64,000 nt of DNA from an uncultured Verrucomicrobiae bacterium (GCA_963788655.1 CAWBHS010000022.1:96001-160000); one strand, 5' to 3'; positions 19,493 to 29,084 are shown, counted from the first letter of the stretch. Program-made: numbers and translations. Notes: generated by a model not told the origin, from the sequence alone.

Positions 19493-21133
19493 ATGAACAC
19501 TGACGTAGCGGCGTCGCCGCAGAGTGCGGCAGACATTCTTGAATCAAGACGGCGGCGCGCTGCTACGCCGCCACTGCGGTTCCGGAGAAATCTTCCCCAA
19601 TGGTTGGGCATTCTGATGTTCGTCAGTTTGGGGTGCCTGTTTGTCAAAGCCGCCGAAGCCCCGAAATTGGATCGCCCGAACATTTTGGTGGCGATTGCTG
19701 ACGACCAATCCTGGCCGCACGCTTCGGCTTACGGCTGCCAAGGCATTTCCACGCCGGCGTTCGATCGCGTGGCAAAGATGGGCCTGTTGTTCAATAACGC
19801 TTTTGCCGCGTCACCGGGGTGCAGTCCCTGCCGGGCGGCGTTGTTGACCGGACGCCACCACTGGCAACTGGAAAACGCCGGCACCCATGCCAGTTCGTTT
19901 CCCACGAATTACGTCACGTTCCCAGACTTGTTGGAGCAAGCCGGCTATTTTGTGGGCATGACCGGCAAGGGCTGGGGGCCGGGCAACTACAAAATCAGTG
20001 GGCGCGAACGCAATCCGGCCGGAGCGGCGTTCAGCAAACGCACGCTCAAACCGCCCTTCAAGGGCATCAACAAAAACGATTACGCTGCCAACTTTGCCGA
20101 CTTCCTGGCAGCCCGGCCCAAGGACAAACCGTTTTGCTTCTGGTACGGCGCCACGGAGCCGCATCGCTCCTACGATAAAGGCTCCGGCTTGAAGAGCGGC
20201 AAGAAATTGGCGGACGCGGTGGTGCCGCCATTTCTGCCGGACACGCCGGAAGTGCGCAGCGATGTGCTGGATTATTTTGTTGAAATCGAATGGTTCGATC
20301 AGCACCTCGGGAAAATGTTGCAGCAACTCGAAGCGACCGGGGAATTGACCAACACGCTGATCATTGTCACCAGTGACAATGGCATGCCGTTTCCGCGCGC
20401 CAAAGCCAACCTGTACGAATACGGTATCCATGAGCCCCTGGCCATCAGTTGGCCGGCGCGCGCGCCGGGCGAACGGGTGGTGGACGACCTCGTGGGCTTC
20501 GTCGATCTGACGGCTACCATTCTGGACGCGGCGCAGGTCGAGCATCCCAGCCACAAGACCGGGCATTACACGATTTCTGGCCGCAGCTTGATGAACATCC
20601 TGACCGCCAAGGAACAGGGATTGGTGGACAGTTCGCGCACGATGGCCTTCAGCGGACGCGAACGCCATTCGTCCTCGCGCTACCACAATCTCGGCTATCC
20701 CGCGCGCGCGCTCCGTACGCCGCGGTTTCTATACCTCCGCAATTTTCATCCCGAACGTTGGCCGGCGGGTGATCCGCAGAAATACGAGCGCAACGGTGAG
20801 TTGGGTCCAATCCATGGCGGATATCATGACATCGATGCCGGACCGACGTTGTCGCTGCTGGTAGCGAAACATGACGATCCGCAAATCAGCCGTTTTCTGC
20901 ACCTGGCGGTGGATAAGCGACCGGAAGAAGAACTGTTCGACATTGGTCAAGACCCGGCTTGTCTCACCAACCTGGCGGACAAACCGGACTTCAAAGATGA
21001 ATTGGGCCAACTGCGCGCGGCGCTGGAGAAGTGCTTGAAAGAAACCGATGATCCGCGCATGGGTAACAACCCGGAACTTTGGGAGACGTATCCGCGTTAT
21101 TCGCCCATTCGGAAATTCCCGCCCTCGCCGTAG
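19493..21133 (+). CDS. Secreted formylglycine-type sulfatase (SGSH-like); start uncertain (19493 or 19616)
   Basis: RPNILVAIADD, CSPCRAALLTG (CxPxR), GKGWG, TSDNGMPFPRAKANLYEYG and a hydrophobic N-terminal segment. Confidence 0.9.
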   Translation: MNTDVAASPQSAADILESRRRRAATPPLRFRRNLPQWLGILMFVSLGCLFVKAAEAPKLDRPNILVAIADDQSWPHASAYGCQGISTPAFDRVAKMGLLFNNAFAASPGCSPCRAALLTGRHHWQLENAGTHASSFPTNYVTFPDLLEQAGYFVGMTGKGWGPGNYKISGRERNPAGAAFSKRTLKPPFKGINKNDYAANFADFLAARPKDKPFCFWYGATEPHRSYDKGSGLKSGKKLADAVVPPFLPDTPEVRSDVLDYFVEIEWFDQHLGKMLQQLEATGELTNTLIIVTSDNGMPFPRAKANLYEYGIHEPLAISWPARAPGERVVDDLVGFVDLTATILDAAQVEHPSHKTGHYTISGRSLMNILTAKEQGLVDSSRTMAFSGRERHSSSRYHNLGYPARALRTPRFLYLRNFHPERWPAGDPQKYERNGELGPIHGGYHDIDAGPTLSLLVAKHDDPQISRFLHLAVDKRPEEELFDIGQDPACLTNLADKPDFKDELGQLRAALEKCLKETDDPRMGNNPELWETYPRYSPIRKFPPSP

Positions 21134-21229
21134 TTATCACGCCGTTTCGGCGCTTGGCTTTGATTTTTACATTGGCTGCTGCGTCATTAACTGCGGCAGT
21201 TACCGGCCGAGGCAAGACCGTGCCCGAAT

Positions 21230-22597
21230 TTACTTTCCTTTCTGGTGCATGAGGCGGGCCAGCCGCAGGGCCATTTCCAAGGATTGCTCGTAATTGAGGC
21301 GGGGGTCCACCTGGCTGCGATACGCCGTGGTCAGATCGGCTTCGGTCACGCCGCTCGCGCCGCCAATGCATTCGGTGACATTGTCGCCGGTTAATTCGAA
21401 ATGCACGCCACCCAAGTGAGCGCCGGCATCGGTCAGGATGCGGAACGACTTTTCGATTTCATCCAGGATTTTGTCAAACCGTCGGGTCTTGATTCCACTC
21501 GCGGTGGTCTCGGTGTTACCGTGCATGGGGTCGCAGCACCAGAGCACCACTTTGCCCTGTTTCCGCACCGCATCCACAATTGGCGGGAATTCCTTCTCGA
21601 TTTTGTCGGCGCCGAACCGATGAATGAGCGTCAGCCGTCCCGGTTCGTTGCGTGGATTGAGCACCTCGCAGAGGGCCAGCACCTCGTCGGCTGACACCTT
21701 CCCACCTATCTTCACTCCGACGGGATTGTGGATGCCGCGGAAGTATTCGATGTGGGCGCCGTCCAGGTTGCGGGTGCGATTGCCGATCCAGGGAAAGTGC
21801 GTGTTCAGGTTGTACCAGCCGGTGCGCCGGGGAACCTGCCGGGTTTGGGCCTGTTCGTAGTGCAGATGCAATCCTTCGTGGCTGGTGAAGAAATCCACCC
21901 GATTGATGTCGCCGACGCTGCCACCGGTTAACGTTTCCATGAACCGCAGCGACTGGCCGATGGACTCGACCATGCGCGTGTATTCCTCGGCCAACGGCGA
22001 CCGATGCACAAAGCCAAGCTCCCAATACTCCGGGTGATGGAGGTCGGCAAAACCGCCGTCAATCAGCGCACGAATGAAATTGATCGTCAGGCCCGAGCGT
22101 TCATAAGCCCGAAGCAACAATTCGGGATTGGGCACGCGGTCGGCTTCGGCAAATGGCGCGCGGTTGACCATGTCCCCCCGGTAGGAAGGCAAGCTCACCC
22201 CGTTCTTGGTTTCCAAATCCGCCGAACGCGGCTTGGCGTACTGGCCGGCAAACCGGCCCACGCGAATGACGCGTTTCTTGCCGCCCTGCACCAGCACCAG
22301 GCTCATTTGCAAAAGGATCTTCAGTTTGGCGGCGATATACGTGGATTCGCAGTCCTCGAAATTCTCCGAGCAATCGCCGCCTTGCAGCAGGAACATTTCG
22401 CCCTGAACCGCCGCGGCGAGCTGTCGGCGCAGCGACTCGATTTCCCAGCTCGAAACCAGCGGGGGCAATCGTGACAACTGGCTCAGAACCGCATCCAGTG
22501 CCGCAGAGTCGGGATAGGTCGGTTGTTGCGCGGCTCGTTTCCGCTGCCAGGATTCCGGCCGCCAGTCTGATACTGTTTGAGGACTATTGTCTTGCAT
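21230..22597 (-). CDS. Class II 3-deoxy-7-phosphoheptulonate (DAHP) synthase
   Basis: LLQGGDCSE, GRFAGQYAKPRS, LPSYRGD, FTSHEGL, WIGNRTR, CDPMHGNT, GGVHFELTG and DPRLN. Confidence 0.95.
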   Translation of the reverse strand: MQDNSPQTVSDWRPESWQRKRAAQQPTYPDSAALDAVLSQLSRLPPLVSSWEIESLRRQLAAAVQGEMFLLQGGDCSENFEDCESTYIAAKLKILLQMSLVLVQGGKKRVIRVGRFAGQYAKPRSADLETKNGVSLPSYRGDMVNRAPFAEADRVPNPELLLRAYERSGLTINFIRALIDGGFADLHHPEYWELGFVHRSPLAEEYTRMVESIGQSLRFMETLTGGSVGDINRVDFFTSHEGLHLHYEQAQTRQVPRRTGWYNLNTHFPWIGNRTRNLDGAHIEYFRGIHNPVGVKIGGKVSADEVLALCEVLNPRNEPGRLTLIHRFGADKIEKEFPPIVDAVRKQGKVVLWCCDPMHGNTETTASGIKTRRFDKILDEIEKSFRILTDAGAHLGGVHFELTGDNVTECIGGASGVTEADLTTAYRSQVDPRLNYEQSLEMALRLARLMHQKGK

Positions 22598-22724
22598 GCG
22601 TAAACCAATGAATGTGCCGTGCAGGCCGAAAGAATTCCAACGAAATGTAAGGCCGAGTGCGGCGGACTACGGACTCGATCTTGATTGCTCGCACCGAACG
22701 CTTGTGATAAACACCCCAGACGTT

Positions 22725-24035
22725 ATGAAAACCAATTCTCGTTTGTCCCGTCGATCATTTCTCCAGCGAACTGCAACCGTGACCGGCTTGGTCGGCCTCG
22801 CGCCGCAAATCGTACCCTCCGCCGTGCTGGGCGCGGCAGGGCAGACGGCTCCCAGCAACCGCATCACGGTTGGCTTCATCGGCGTCGGCGGCCACGGCAT
22901 TGGCTGGAACCTTCCGCCGTATCTCCGGCACCAGAGCGCCCAAGTGGTGGCAATGTGCGACGTGGACAACGTTCACATGATTCGCGGCCGCGAAACGGTG
23001 AACGACCGTTACCAGAATGAAGACTGTTTGGGGACCAAAGATTTTCGGGAGGTTCTGGCCCGCAAGGATATCGACACGGTGATGATTTCCACACCGGACC
23101 ATTGGCACACGCTCATCAGCCTGCTGGCCATTCAAGCGGGCAAGGACGTGCAATGCGAGAAACCCACCCTCACCATCCACGAGGGCCGGGTGCTCACCGA
23201 GGCCGTCCGCAAACACAAAACCGTGTTCCAAACCAGCACTGAGGACCGCTCGGTGCCCGAATATCATCGCATGGCGGAACTGGTCCGCAACGGGCGGATT
23301 GGCAAACTCCAGCGCATTGAGGTGGTCCTGCCCAAGCAACCTAATGTGCCTGGGGATCCGACCCCGCAACCGGTGCCGGCCGGCTTGGATTATGAAATGT
23401 GGCTGGGGCCCGCACCGTTTGCGCCTTACACGCGCGATCGTGTGCATTTCAACTTCCGTTGGATTTGGGATTATTCCGGCGGGATTATTTGCGATTGGGG
23501 TGCGCACTTGTTCGACACCGCGCAATGGGCGAACGATACCGAGCGCACGGGACCGGTCGAAGTGGAAGGCGCCGGCACGTTTTGGGAGGGCGGACTGTAC
23601 AATACCGTCAAGGACTACGATGTCACCTACCGTTACGCCAACGGCGTGGTGATGACGTGCAAGCCCGGCAATCCGAGCATCAAGTTCATCGGCACCGATG
23701 GCTGGGTGGGCAACACTGGTTGGCGGGCGCCGGTGCAGGCCAGTTCTCCCAAGATACTGAATTCCAAGATTGGCCCCGAAGAACTGCACCTATACACCAA
23801 TCCGAACGGTGAACACGACGACTTCCTGAAATGCGTCAAGAGCCGCAAGGATCCGTATTTCCCGGTTGATATCGGCCATCGCGTGAGCACGGTCTGCCAC
23901 CTGGCCAACATTGCCATCAAGACCGGCCGCAAACTCAAGTGGGATCCGGCCAAGGAGCAGTTCATCGGCGATGACGATGCCAACAAGATGCTGGATCGTC
24001 CGCGCCGTTCGCCGTGGCAGTTGCCGGAGGTCTGA
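22725..24035 (+). CDS. Tat-exported Gfo/Idh/MocA-family oxidoreductase
   Basis: MKTNSRLSRRSFL twin-arginine signal, GFIGVGGHG, STPDHWH, CEKP, WLGPAP and DWGAHLFD. Confidence 0.92.
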   Translation: MKTNSRLSRRSFLQRTATVTGLVGLAPQIVPSAVLGAAGQTAPSNRITVGFIGVGGHGIGWNLPPYLRHQSAQVVAMCDVDNVHMIRGRETVNDRYQNEDCLGTKDFREVLARKDIDTVMISTPDHWHTLISLLAIQAGKDVQCEKPTLTIHEGRVLTEAVRKHKTVFQTSTEDRSVPEYHRMAELVRNGRIGKLQRIEVVLPKQPNVPGDPTPQPVPAGLDYEMWLGPAPFAPYTRDRVHFNFRWIWDYSGGIICDWGAHLFDTAQWANDTERTGPVEVEGAGTFWEGGLYNTVKDYDVTYRYANGVVMTCKPGNPSIKFIGTDGWVGNTGWRAPVQASSPKILNSKIGPEELHLYTNPNGEHDDFLKCVKSRKDPYFPVDIGHRVSTVCHLANIAIKTGRKLKWDPAKEQFIGDDDANKMLDRPRRSPWQLPEV

Positions 24036-24056
24036 AGACCGACTGAACCGGCAGCG

Positions 24057-26193
24057 TTAGGGCGCCAACGAACTGACGACGCGGTAAAACTTCTGCGAAC
24101 CGCCGGCGAGATTGGTAAAAGTCATCCAGCCATGGTAGGCGAGCATCGGGCCGCCGGGTTCGTCCGTGAAGGTCTGGCTGAAGTTCGTTTTGGATTGTAG
24201 CCGGTAGTACATTCCTCGGAGCGTGGTGAAGCGCAATTCGCACTGGCCGGAGTTCAGGGACCGAATGGTGAGTGCCGCCGGAACGTCGGCTACCGAGCCA
24301 TCGTAGTAATGTTGCGCCAGCGCCCAAACGGCCTGGCCCACCTCGACCGCCGCCTGCCGACCGACCCAATTATCAATAGGCGGATGGATGCCACCCCAGA
24401 TGCGCGAAATGCCGGCTTCGTCGGAGGCATCGTAGTAAGTGGCCCACTGCAAGGTCAGCGGCACCGAAGGGCCTTGTTCAAACCCAAGGGTGTAGTTGGT
24501 GTAAGTGCCGAGACCTCCCGGAAAGTAGGGCGAGCCGGTGATTCCGGCCAGCACTTCGGCCGCCGACCGGCTGAAGGAACTGTGCCCCGAGAAATAGCCC
24601 GGGAATCCGGGCGTGACAAAGTTGGTGCGTTGGTAAGTGCTCCACGTATCGGCATGAATCCATTTCACGCCGCTGTGCTGCGTGAGCGGGTTTGCCGGCG
24701 GACCCGGCCAGGCGCGCACGGCAATTTTGCCCGGCGTCAAACCGGCGTGGCGTCCGGATGCGACCGTGCCCGCGGTCACCAGTTCAATCAAGTTGGTGAC
24801 GAGCGGCAACCCGTCGGGGTTGTAAGAGGGAAGCGCCGGATCGCTGGACTGGCCCAAGCCCGCCAGGTATCGGATGCAACCGATCGGTCGCCAGTCGTCG
24901 TAGTAGCGTTTGGTTCCCCACGCCTCGCAGGCGGCATCATGCACGGCCGCGTTGACCGCGAAGTACATCTTCACATCCCATTCCAGGTCGTCCACCACCG
25001 GGCCGGTACCGCCGATCCGTTTCTCCAACAGCGGACTGTCGGCCACGTAATTGGCCAGCACGTTCCAGTGGCCGGGCGGAGTTTCGGAGGTCGGCCCATC
25101 CGCCCAGAACTCCGCCACGATCCGGGCGTAATCGCCGCGCTTGACGAGATTGGGGGCGTACAGGGAGTCCGGTAACCGGGTTGGTGGTGTAACCGTGCCC
25201 GTCATAGATCTCAAAATCGCCGTTGCCGTAGTTGCCGGCGAATTCCAGGCTGTTGTTGCCCCGGGCGGCCGGAGAAATGTCCATCATCACGCCGTCATCC
25301 GGCGACAATTGGCTGTCCGCCGTGATGTTCGCCACGATTTCCTTCACGAACTGCGCGTGGGTCGGCCCCCCGAAATACGGCGGCGGGCCGGGGTCAACCC
25401 AGGGTTTGGTTGGATCCATGCGCGTCAGTGCGAAGGGACGCACGCCCAGCCATTGGGCGCCGAGGTAGTTCTGGATGGGGCCTTGTGGAAATCCGTTCTG
25501 GTCCACCGCATTGACGATTTGGAGCCGCTGCCAGTGGTTGATGTCCACTACCGTATTGCCAAAGCCGTCATTGATGCCCGGCAGCAAGACGGCGAGCGGC
25601 GGATTGACATAAACGTAGCCGCCCTGGGCGACCGGAAAGTCCGGGTAAGCGACGGGAGGATCGGCCTGGGGATAAGGCGTGCCCCCCGCTTGATTGGCGC
25701 CGTCATTGATGAACCAGGTCGAGACGGCATCATAGATGGCATTGCCTAACCCGGCAGGCGTCGAGGGGTCGCGGGATTGGTTGTTCAGATCGTAGCCCAA
25801 CGCGGTCATCTGGGCATCGTCCGCCGCGAGCGTGGCGGCGGCGGTTTTGGAATAGACATGGCGCTCCTTGAGGAGACGGTAGGCGGCATAGCTAATTGCT
25901 TCGCGCCGGGCTGCCGCTACGTCTGCCGCAGTGTGTTTGCCGCGATAAACGTAGCCCACGGCCACCGGATCGTACGCCGCCCAGGCGTCATACATGCAGA
26001 CCGAAAGGCTGAAGAGGTTTCGCGCCTGGGCCGGTGGGTGCGGGGTGTCAGCTCGGATGGCGGCGAGTGCCCGTTCGTCCCAAATGCGGGCGACCGTCTG
26101 CGCCGCCGGCGCCGCGGGAACCGTGGCAGTTCCGCACGCGAGGCAGAGGAGGATCCGCAGACCGAGCGCCCAATTCCAGCACCTTGGCCGCAA
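24057..26193 (-). CDS. Secreted vanadium-dependent haloperoxidase/PAP2-superfamily protein, split by a +1 frameshift at ~25162; start uncertain
   Basis: ORFs 24937-26454 and 24057-25214 join as ...TNPVTGLP/YAPNLVKRGDYARIVAEFWADGP. Motifs KRYYDDWRP, PGYFSGHS and SRIWGGIH are present, with a signal-like LRILLCLACGTATVPAAPA. Confidence 0.82.
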
Positions 26194-26206
26194 CGATTCA
26201 ATTGGA

Positions 26207-26358
26207 GTAGCTGCGTTCGTGAGAACGCGGCTGATTAACGCAGAGCATTGGCGCACCCAAATGGAAACAAGGCGGTGACTTTCCGGTGAGTGGTAGAAGA
26301 GACCGGCTGGGGTTGTATTCTCCTTTGAATTCACCCGCGTTCTCACGAACGCAGCCAC
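26207..26358. repeat. REP-like GTAG palindrome doublet
   Basis: GTAGCTGCGTTCGTGAGAACGCGG (26207-26230) and CCGCGTTCTCACGAACGCAGCCAC (26335-26358), a 23/24 inverted match. Confidence 0.85.
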
Positions 26359-26470
26359 AATGGCTGCAAAGATGCGGCTTAGATCGGCGAAGCGCGCCGT
26401 CTGGCGGTTGGCGGGAAGGCCGCCCTGGATTACCGTTTTGCTTCTGAAGTTCATATTCTGAATACATTGG

Positions 26471-26839
26471 TTAGGGGTTGATGAGCAGCGTGCCGCCGTT
26501 CAATTGTTTGGTGGTGCCGTTGTTGATAAATGGTTTAGCGCGGATAATCAGCGTGCCACCGCTCACGTCTGCCGAGATCAGCGCCTCGTTGACGAGGCTG
26601 ACGGCGGTTGATCCGCCGATGCAAGCGGCCGCGTAGCCGATTTGGCCGCTGTGCCCGCGCAGGGTGAGCCGGTTGGTCAAGGTGGTGCTCGCCACGCCCC
26701 CGCCTGCCGGCTGTTGCAAGGTGACGGGCACCGAGACTGTCGCGCCCGGATAACCCGGCACGATATTGATGTTCAGGGAGTCTTGGGCGAAGCCAGCCGG
26801 GGCAGCGAGGCACGCAAGATATCGGTGAGAAGTTGCCAT
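26471..26839 (-). pseudogene. Probable internally deleted remnant of secreted-protein gene(s)
   Basis: A short degenerate signal-like segment and GYPGATVSVPVTL (cohesin/Ig-like first strand) are joined abruptly to a beta-strand tail, LVNEALISADVSGGTLIIRAKPFINNG. Confidence 0.4.
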
Positions 26840-27188
26840 TACGCGCGTGCCCGCACTGAGCGCTGCGCGCGTGAGGGAGAATTGATCTTCGGGCTCAGAG
26901 CATTTGCCACAGTAATACAATGCCTAAGCAATACTTGAGTGCAGCCCGGACGTCAAGGAGCGTTGGTCGGGTCTTGAGAGTTTGTGGCCGGCGGCGGCCG
27001 GGCTCGCCAATGGTTATGAGTTGGTGCCGGTCAGTTTCCGGAGAGAATTCCGGAACAAGCCAACAACGCGGTTCGCTCGGCATCGATCAGGCGCGGGGAC
27101 GCCCCGCCGGTCCCCCAGTGTGCCGCGCGCTGGTCAACGGATGGAGGAGGACGACGCTCGATCTTGCCAACGCCTGGCGTGGTTCGGG

Positions 27189-27234
27189 GTCAACGGCGAG
27201 GCGCCGTTGACGGCGCCCGAGGCGGGCGCGCTCC
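27189..27234. repeat. Dispersed double-hairpin REP-like repeat (copy 1 of 4)
   Basis: GTCAACGGCGAGGCGCCGTTGACGGCGCCCGAGGCGGGCGCGCTCC; other copies at 30805, 33773 and (reversed) 46592. Confidence 0.85.
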
Positions 27235-27238
27235 CCGA

Positions 27239-28690
27239 TTATGGCGTCGCGTCCGTAGTCGCGTCGGCACCGTCCAACCGCAGAAACTCAATTCGGTGAT
27301 TGCCGTCGGGATGGCGCGCCGAGGGGCCGGCCACCAGCATCGCCATGTCGCCGGGCAGATCCTGTTCACGAAGCCAATCTTGCGCGAAGTCGCGCCAGTT
27401 GTCGGGATCGTCCGGCAGTTCCACGGGATGCACGCCACAGGAAAACGCCAGGCTCTGCCCAACCGCCCGGTCGTGGCTCAGCGCGATGATCCACACCGGC
27501 GGATTAAATCGGGCGATCATTCGCGCGGTGGCGCCGGTGCGCGTCGGCACCAGCACCGCGCTGCAGGGCACGGTCTCGAGCGCGTGTTCGACCACTGCGG
27601 CAATGGCCTCCGCGGACGTGGCGGGTTTGGATTGCCGGATCTTTGCCCACAAATCATCGAGCCGCGTCGGCGACCGATGGGCTTCGGTGGCGGCGGCGAT
27701 CTTCGCCAACATGGCCACGGCTTCCGCAGGATAGCGGCCCATCGCCGATTCGCCGGAAAGCATGAGGCAGTCCGTCCCGTCCAGAATGGCGTTGGCTGCG
27801 TCGGTGGCTTCGGCGCGCGTGGGCAGACGATTGGTGGTCATGGATTCCAACATTTGGGTGGCAATGATGACCGGTTTGCCGGCGAGACTGGCTTTGGCGA
27901 CGAGCTGTTTTTGCACGACCGCAATTTCCTCGATCGGCACCTCGACGCCGAGATCGCCGCGCGCCACCATGACGCCGTCAGCCGCTTTCAGGATTTCTTC
28001 AATGTGCTCCAGTGCCCCGGAGCGCTCGATCTTGGCAATGATGAAAGGATGCGCCCCGCTCGCGGCCGCCGCGGCGCGGACGGCCTCAATGTCCGCCGCG
28101 GTCTCCACGAAGGACTGGCTGACCGCATCAACGCCGTGTTGGAGCGCGAACTCCAGGCAAGCCCGGTCATGGTCGGTGAACGCGCCAATTCCCAAATCAA
28201 TGCCCGGCAGGTTCAGCCCTTTGCGGGATCGCAGTTCCCCGCCCACTTCGACCTGGCAGTGAACGTCCCGATCCGCGATCCGTTCGACTGCCAGTTGCAC
28301 CAGGCCGTCGTTCAGGAACAGGCGGTTGCCGGGCTTCACCACCTGTGGCAGTCGGGCGAAACTCACAGAGACGCGCTCGGAATTGCCCACCACTTCTTCG
28401 GTCGTCAACGCGAAGCGTTGCCCCGGCTGCAACTCGATGGGCTCGGGATTGATTGTTCCCAGCCGCATCTTGGGTCCGGGCAAATCGGCCATGATAGCGA
28501 CCCGCCGGTCCGTGGCTTGTTCGGCGGCGCGGAGCCGGGCGATGCGTTCGGCGTGTTCGGCAAAACTACCGTGGGAGAAGTTCAGCCGCGCCACGTTCAT
28601 ACCGGCGCGGATTAGCTGCTCGAGCACTTCCGGTGATTCAGAGGCCGGGCCGATGGTGGCAATAATTTTGGTTTTATGATTGGGGAGCAT
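27239..28690 (-). CDS. pyk: Pyruvate kinase
   Basis: KTKIIATIGPAS, RLNFSHG, DLPGPKMRLG, IIAKIE, MVARGDLGVE, ATQMLESM, PTRAEATD and MLSGESAMG. Confidence 0.97.
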   Translation of the reverse strand: MLPNHKTKIIATIGPASESPEVLEQLIRAGMNVARLNFSHGSFAEHAERIARLRAAEQATDRRVAIMADLPGPKMRLGTINPEPIELQPGQRFALTTEEVVGNSERVSVSFARLPQVVKPGNRLFLNDGLVQLAVERIADRDVHCQVEVGGELRSRKGLNLPGIDLGIGAFTDHDRACLEFALQHGVDAVSQSFVETAADIEAVRAAAAASGAHPFIIAKIERSGALEHIEEILKAADGVMVARGDLGVEVPIEEIAVVQKQLVAKASLAGKPVIIATQMLESMTTNRLPTRAEATDAANAILDGTDCLMLSGESAMGRYPAEAVAMLAKIAAATEAHRSPTRLDDLWAKIRQSKPATSAEAIAAVVEHALETVPCSAVLVPTRTGATARMIARFNPPVWIIALSHDRAVGQSLAFSCGVHPVELPDDPDNWRDFAQDWLREQDLPGDMAMLVAGPSARHPDGNHRIEFLRLDGADATTDATP

Positions 28691-28912
28691 GGAAACCCTT
28701 GCCCTTTAGCCGGGCGTGTTAACAGTCTTCATTACGATCTCACGTTGTAGCCGACGCCGCGGCGGTCTTATGCGGTAAGCCAAGCAGTGTGTTGTTAGCC
28801 GTGTTTTGAAAAGTCTTGGCAACGTTATCTTTCCGACACTGGTCAGGCAAGGGAGATCGCCACTTGGCGTATGTTGCTCATGACGCGTCCCCGCTCCAGC
28901 CAAACTTTTCAG

Positions 28913-28941
28913 TTGACCCGGCCATGGACGATGGATACTTT
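28913..28941 (+). promoter_or_regulatory. Candidate sigma70 promoter of the leuL-leuA transcript
   Basis: TTGACC-17 nt-TACTTT, with the predicted +1 falling on the GTG at 28948. Confidence 0.6.
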
Positions 28942-28947
28942 CCCGCC

Positions 28948-29022
28948 GTGACTGTGATTGGAAACATTCGACTGCTGCTAGGAAACGTGCTGCTGCTGCG
29001 CAGCGCGGCAGTTGGGTGTTGA
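28948..29022 (+). CDS. leuL: Leucine attenuator leader peptide (24 aa)
   Basis: MTVIGNIRLLLGNVLLLRSAAVGC has two Leu triplets (CTG CTG CTA; CTG CTG CTG) and lies directly upstream of a terminator and leuA. Confidence 0.8.
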   Translation: MTVIGNIRLLLGNVLLLRSAAVGC

Positions 29023-29042
29023 TTTGAGTGTGCGATCGAGTT

Positions 29043-29084
29043 CACCCCACTGCCAGAAATCGGCGGTGGGGTTTTGTGTTTTTT
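29043..29084 (+). terminator. Attenuator terminator upstream of leuA
   Basis: Stem CCCCACTGCC / GGCGGTGGGG followed by TTTTGTGTTTTTT. The 5' arm can alternatively pair with GGCAGTTGGGTG (29007-29018). Confidence 0.85.

Noticed and set aside
26194..26454. N-terminal extension of ORF 24937-26454
   Set aside because: It reads through a REP doublet and precedes the signal-like segment, so it is probably non-coding.
27164..28615. 483-aa plus-strand ORF
   Set aside because: Antisense shadow of pyk.
28924..28947. ATG 28924 as start of the leu leader peptide
   Set aside because: It lies inside the spacer of the predicted promoter; GTG 28948 fits better.
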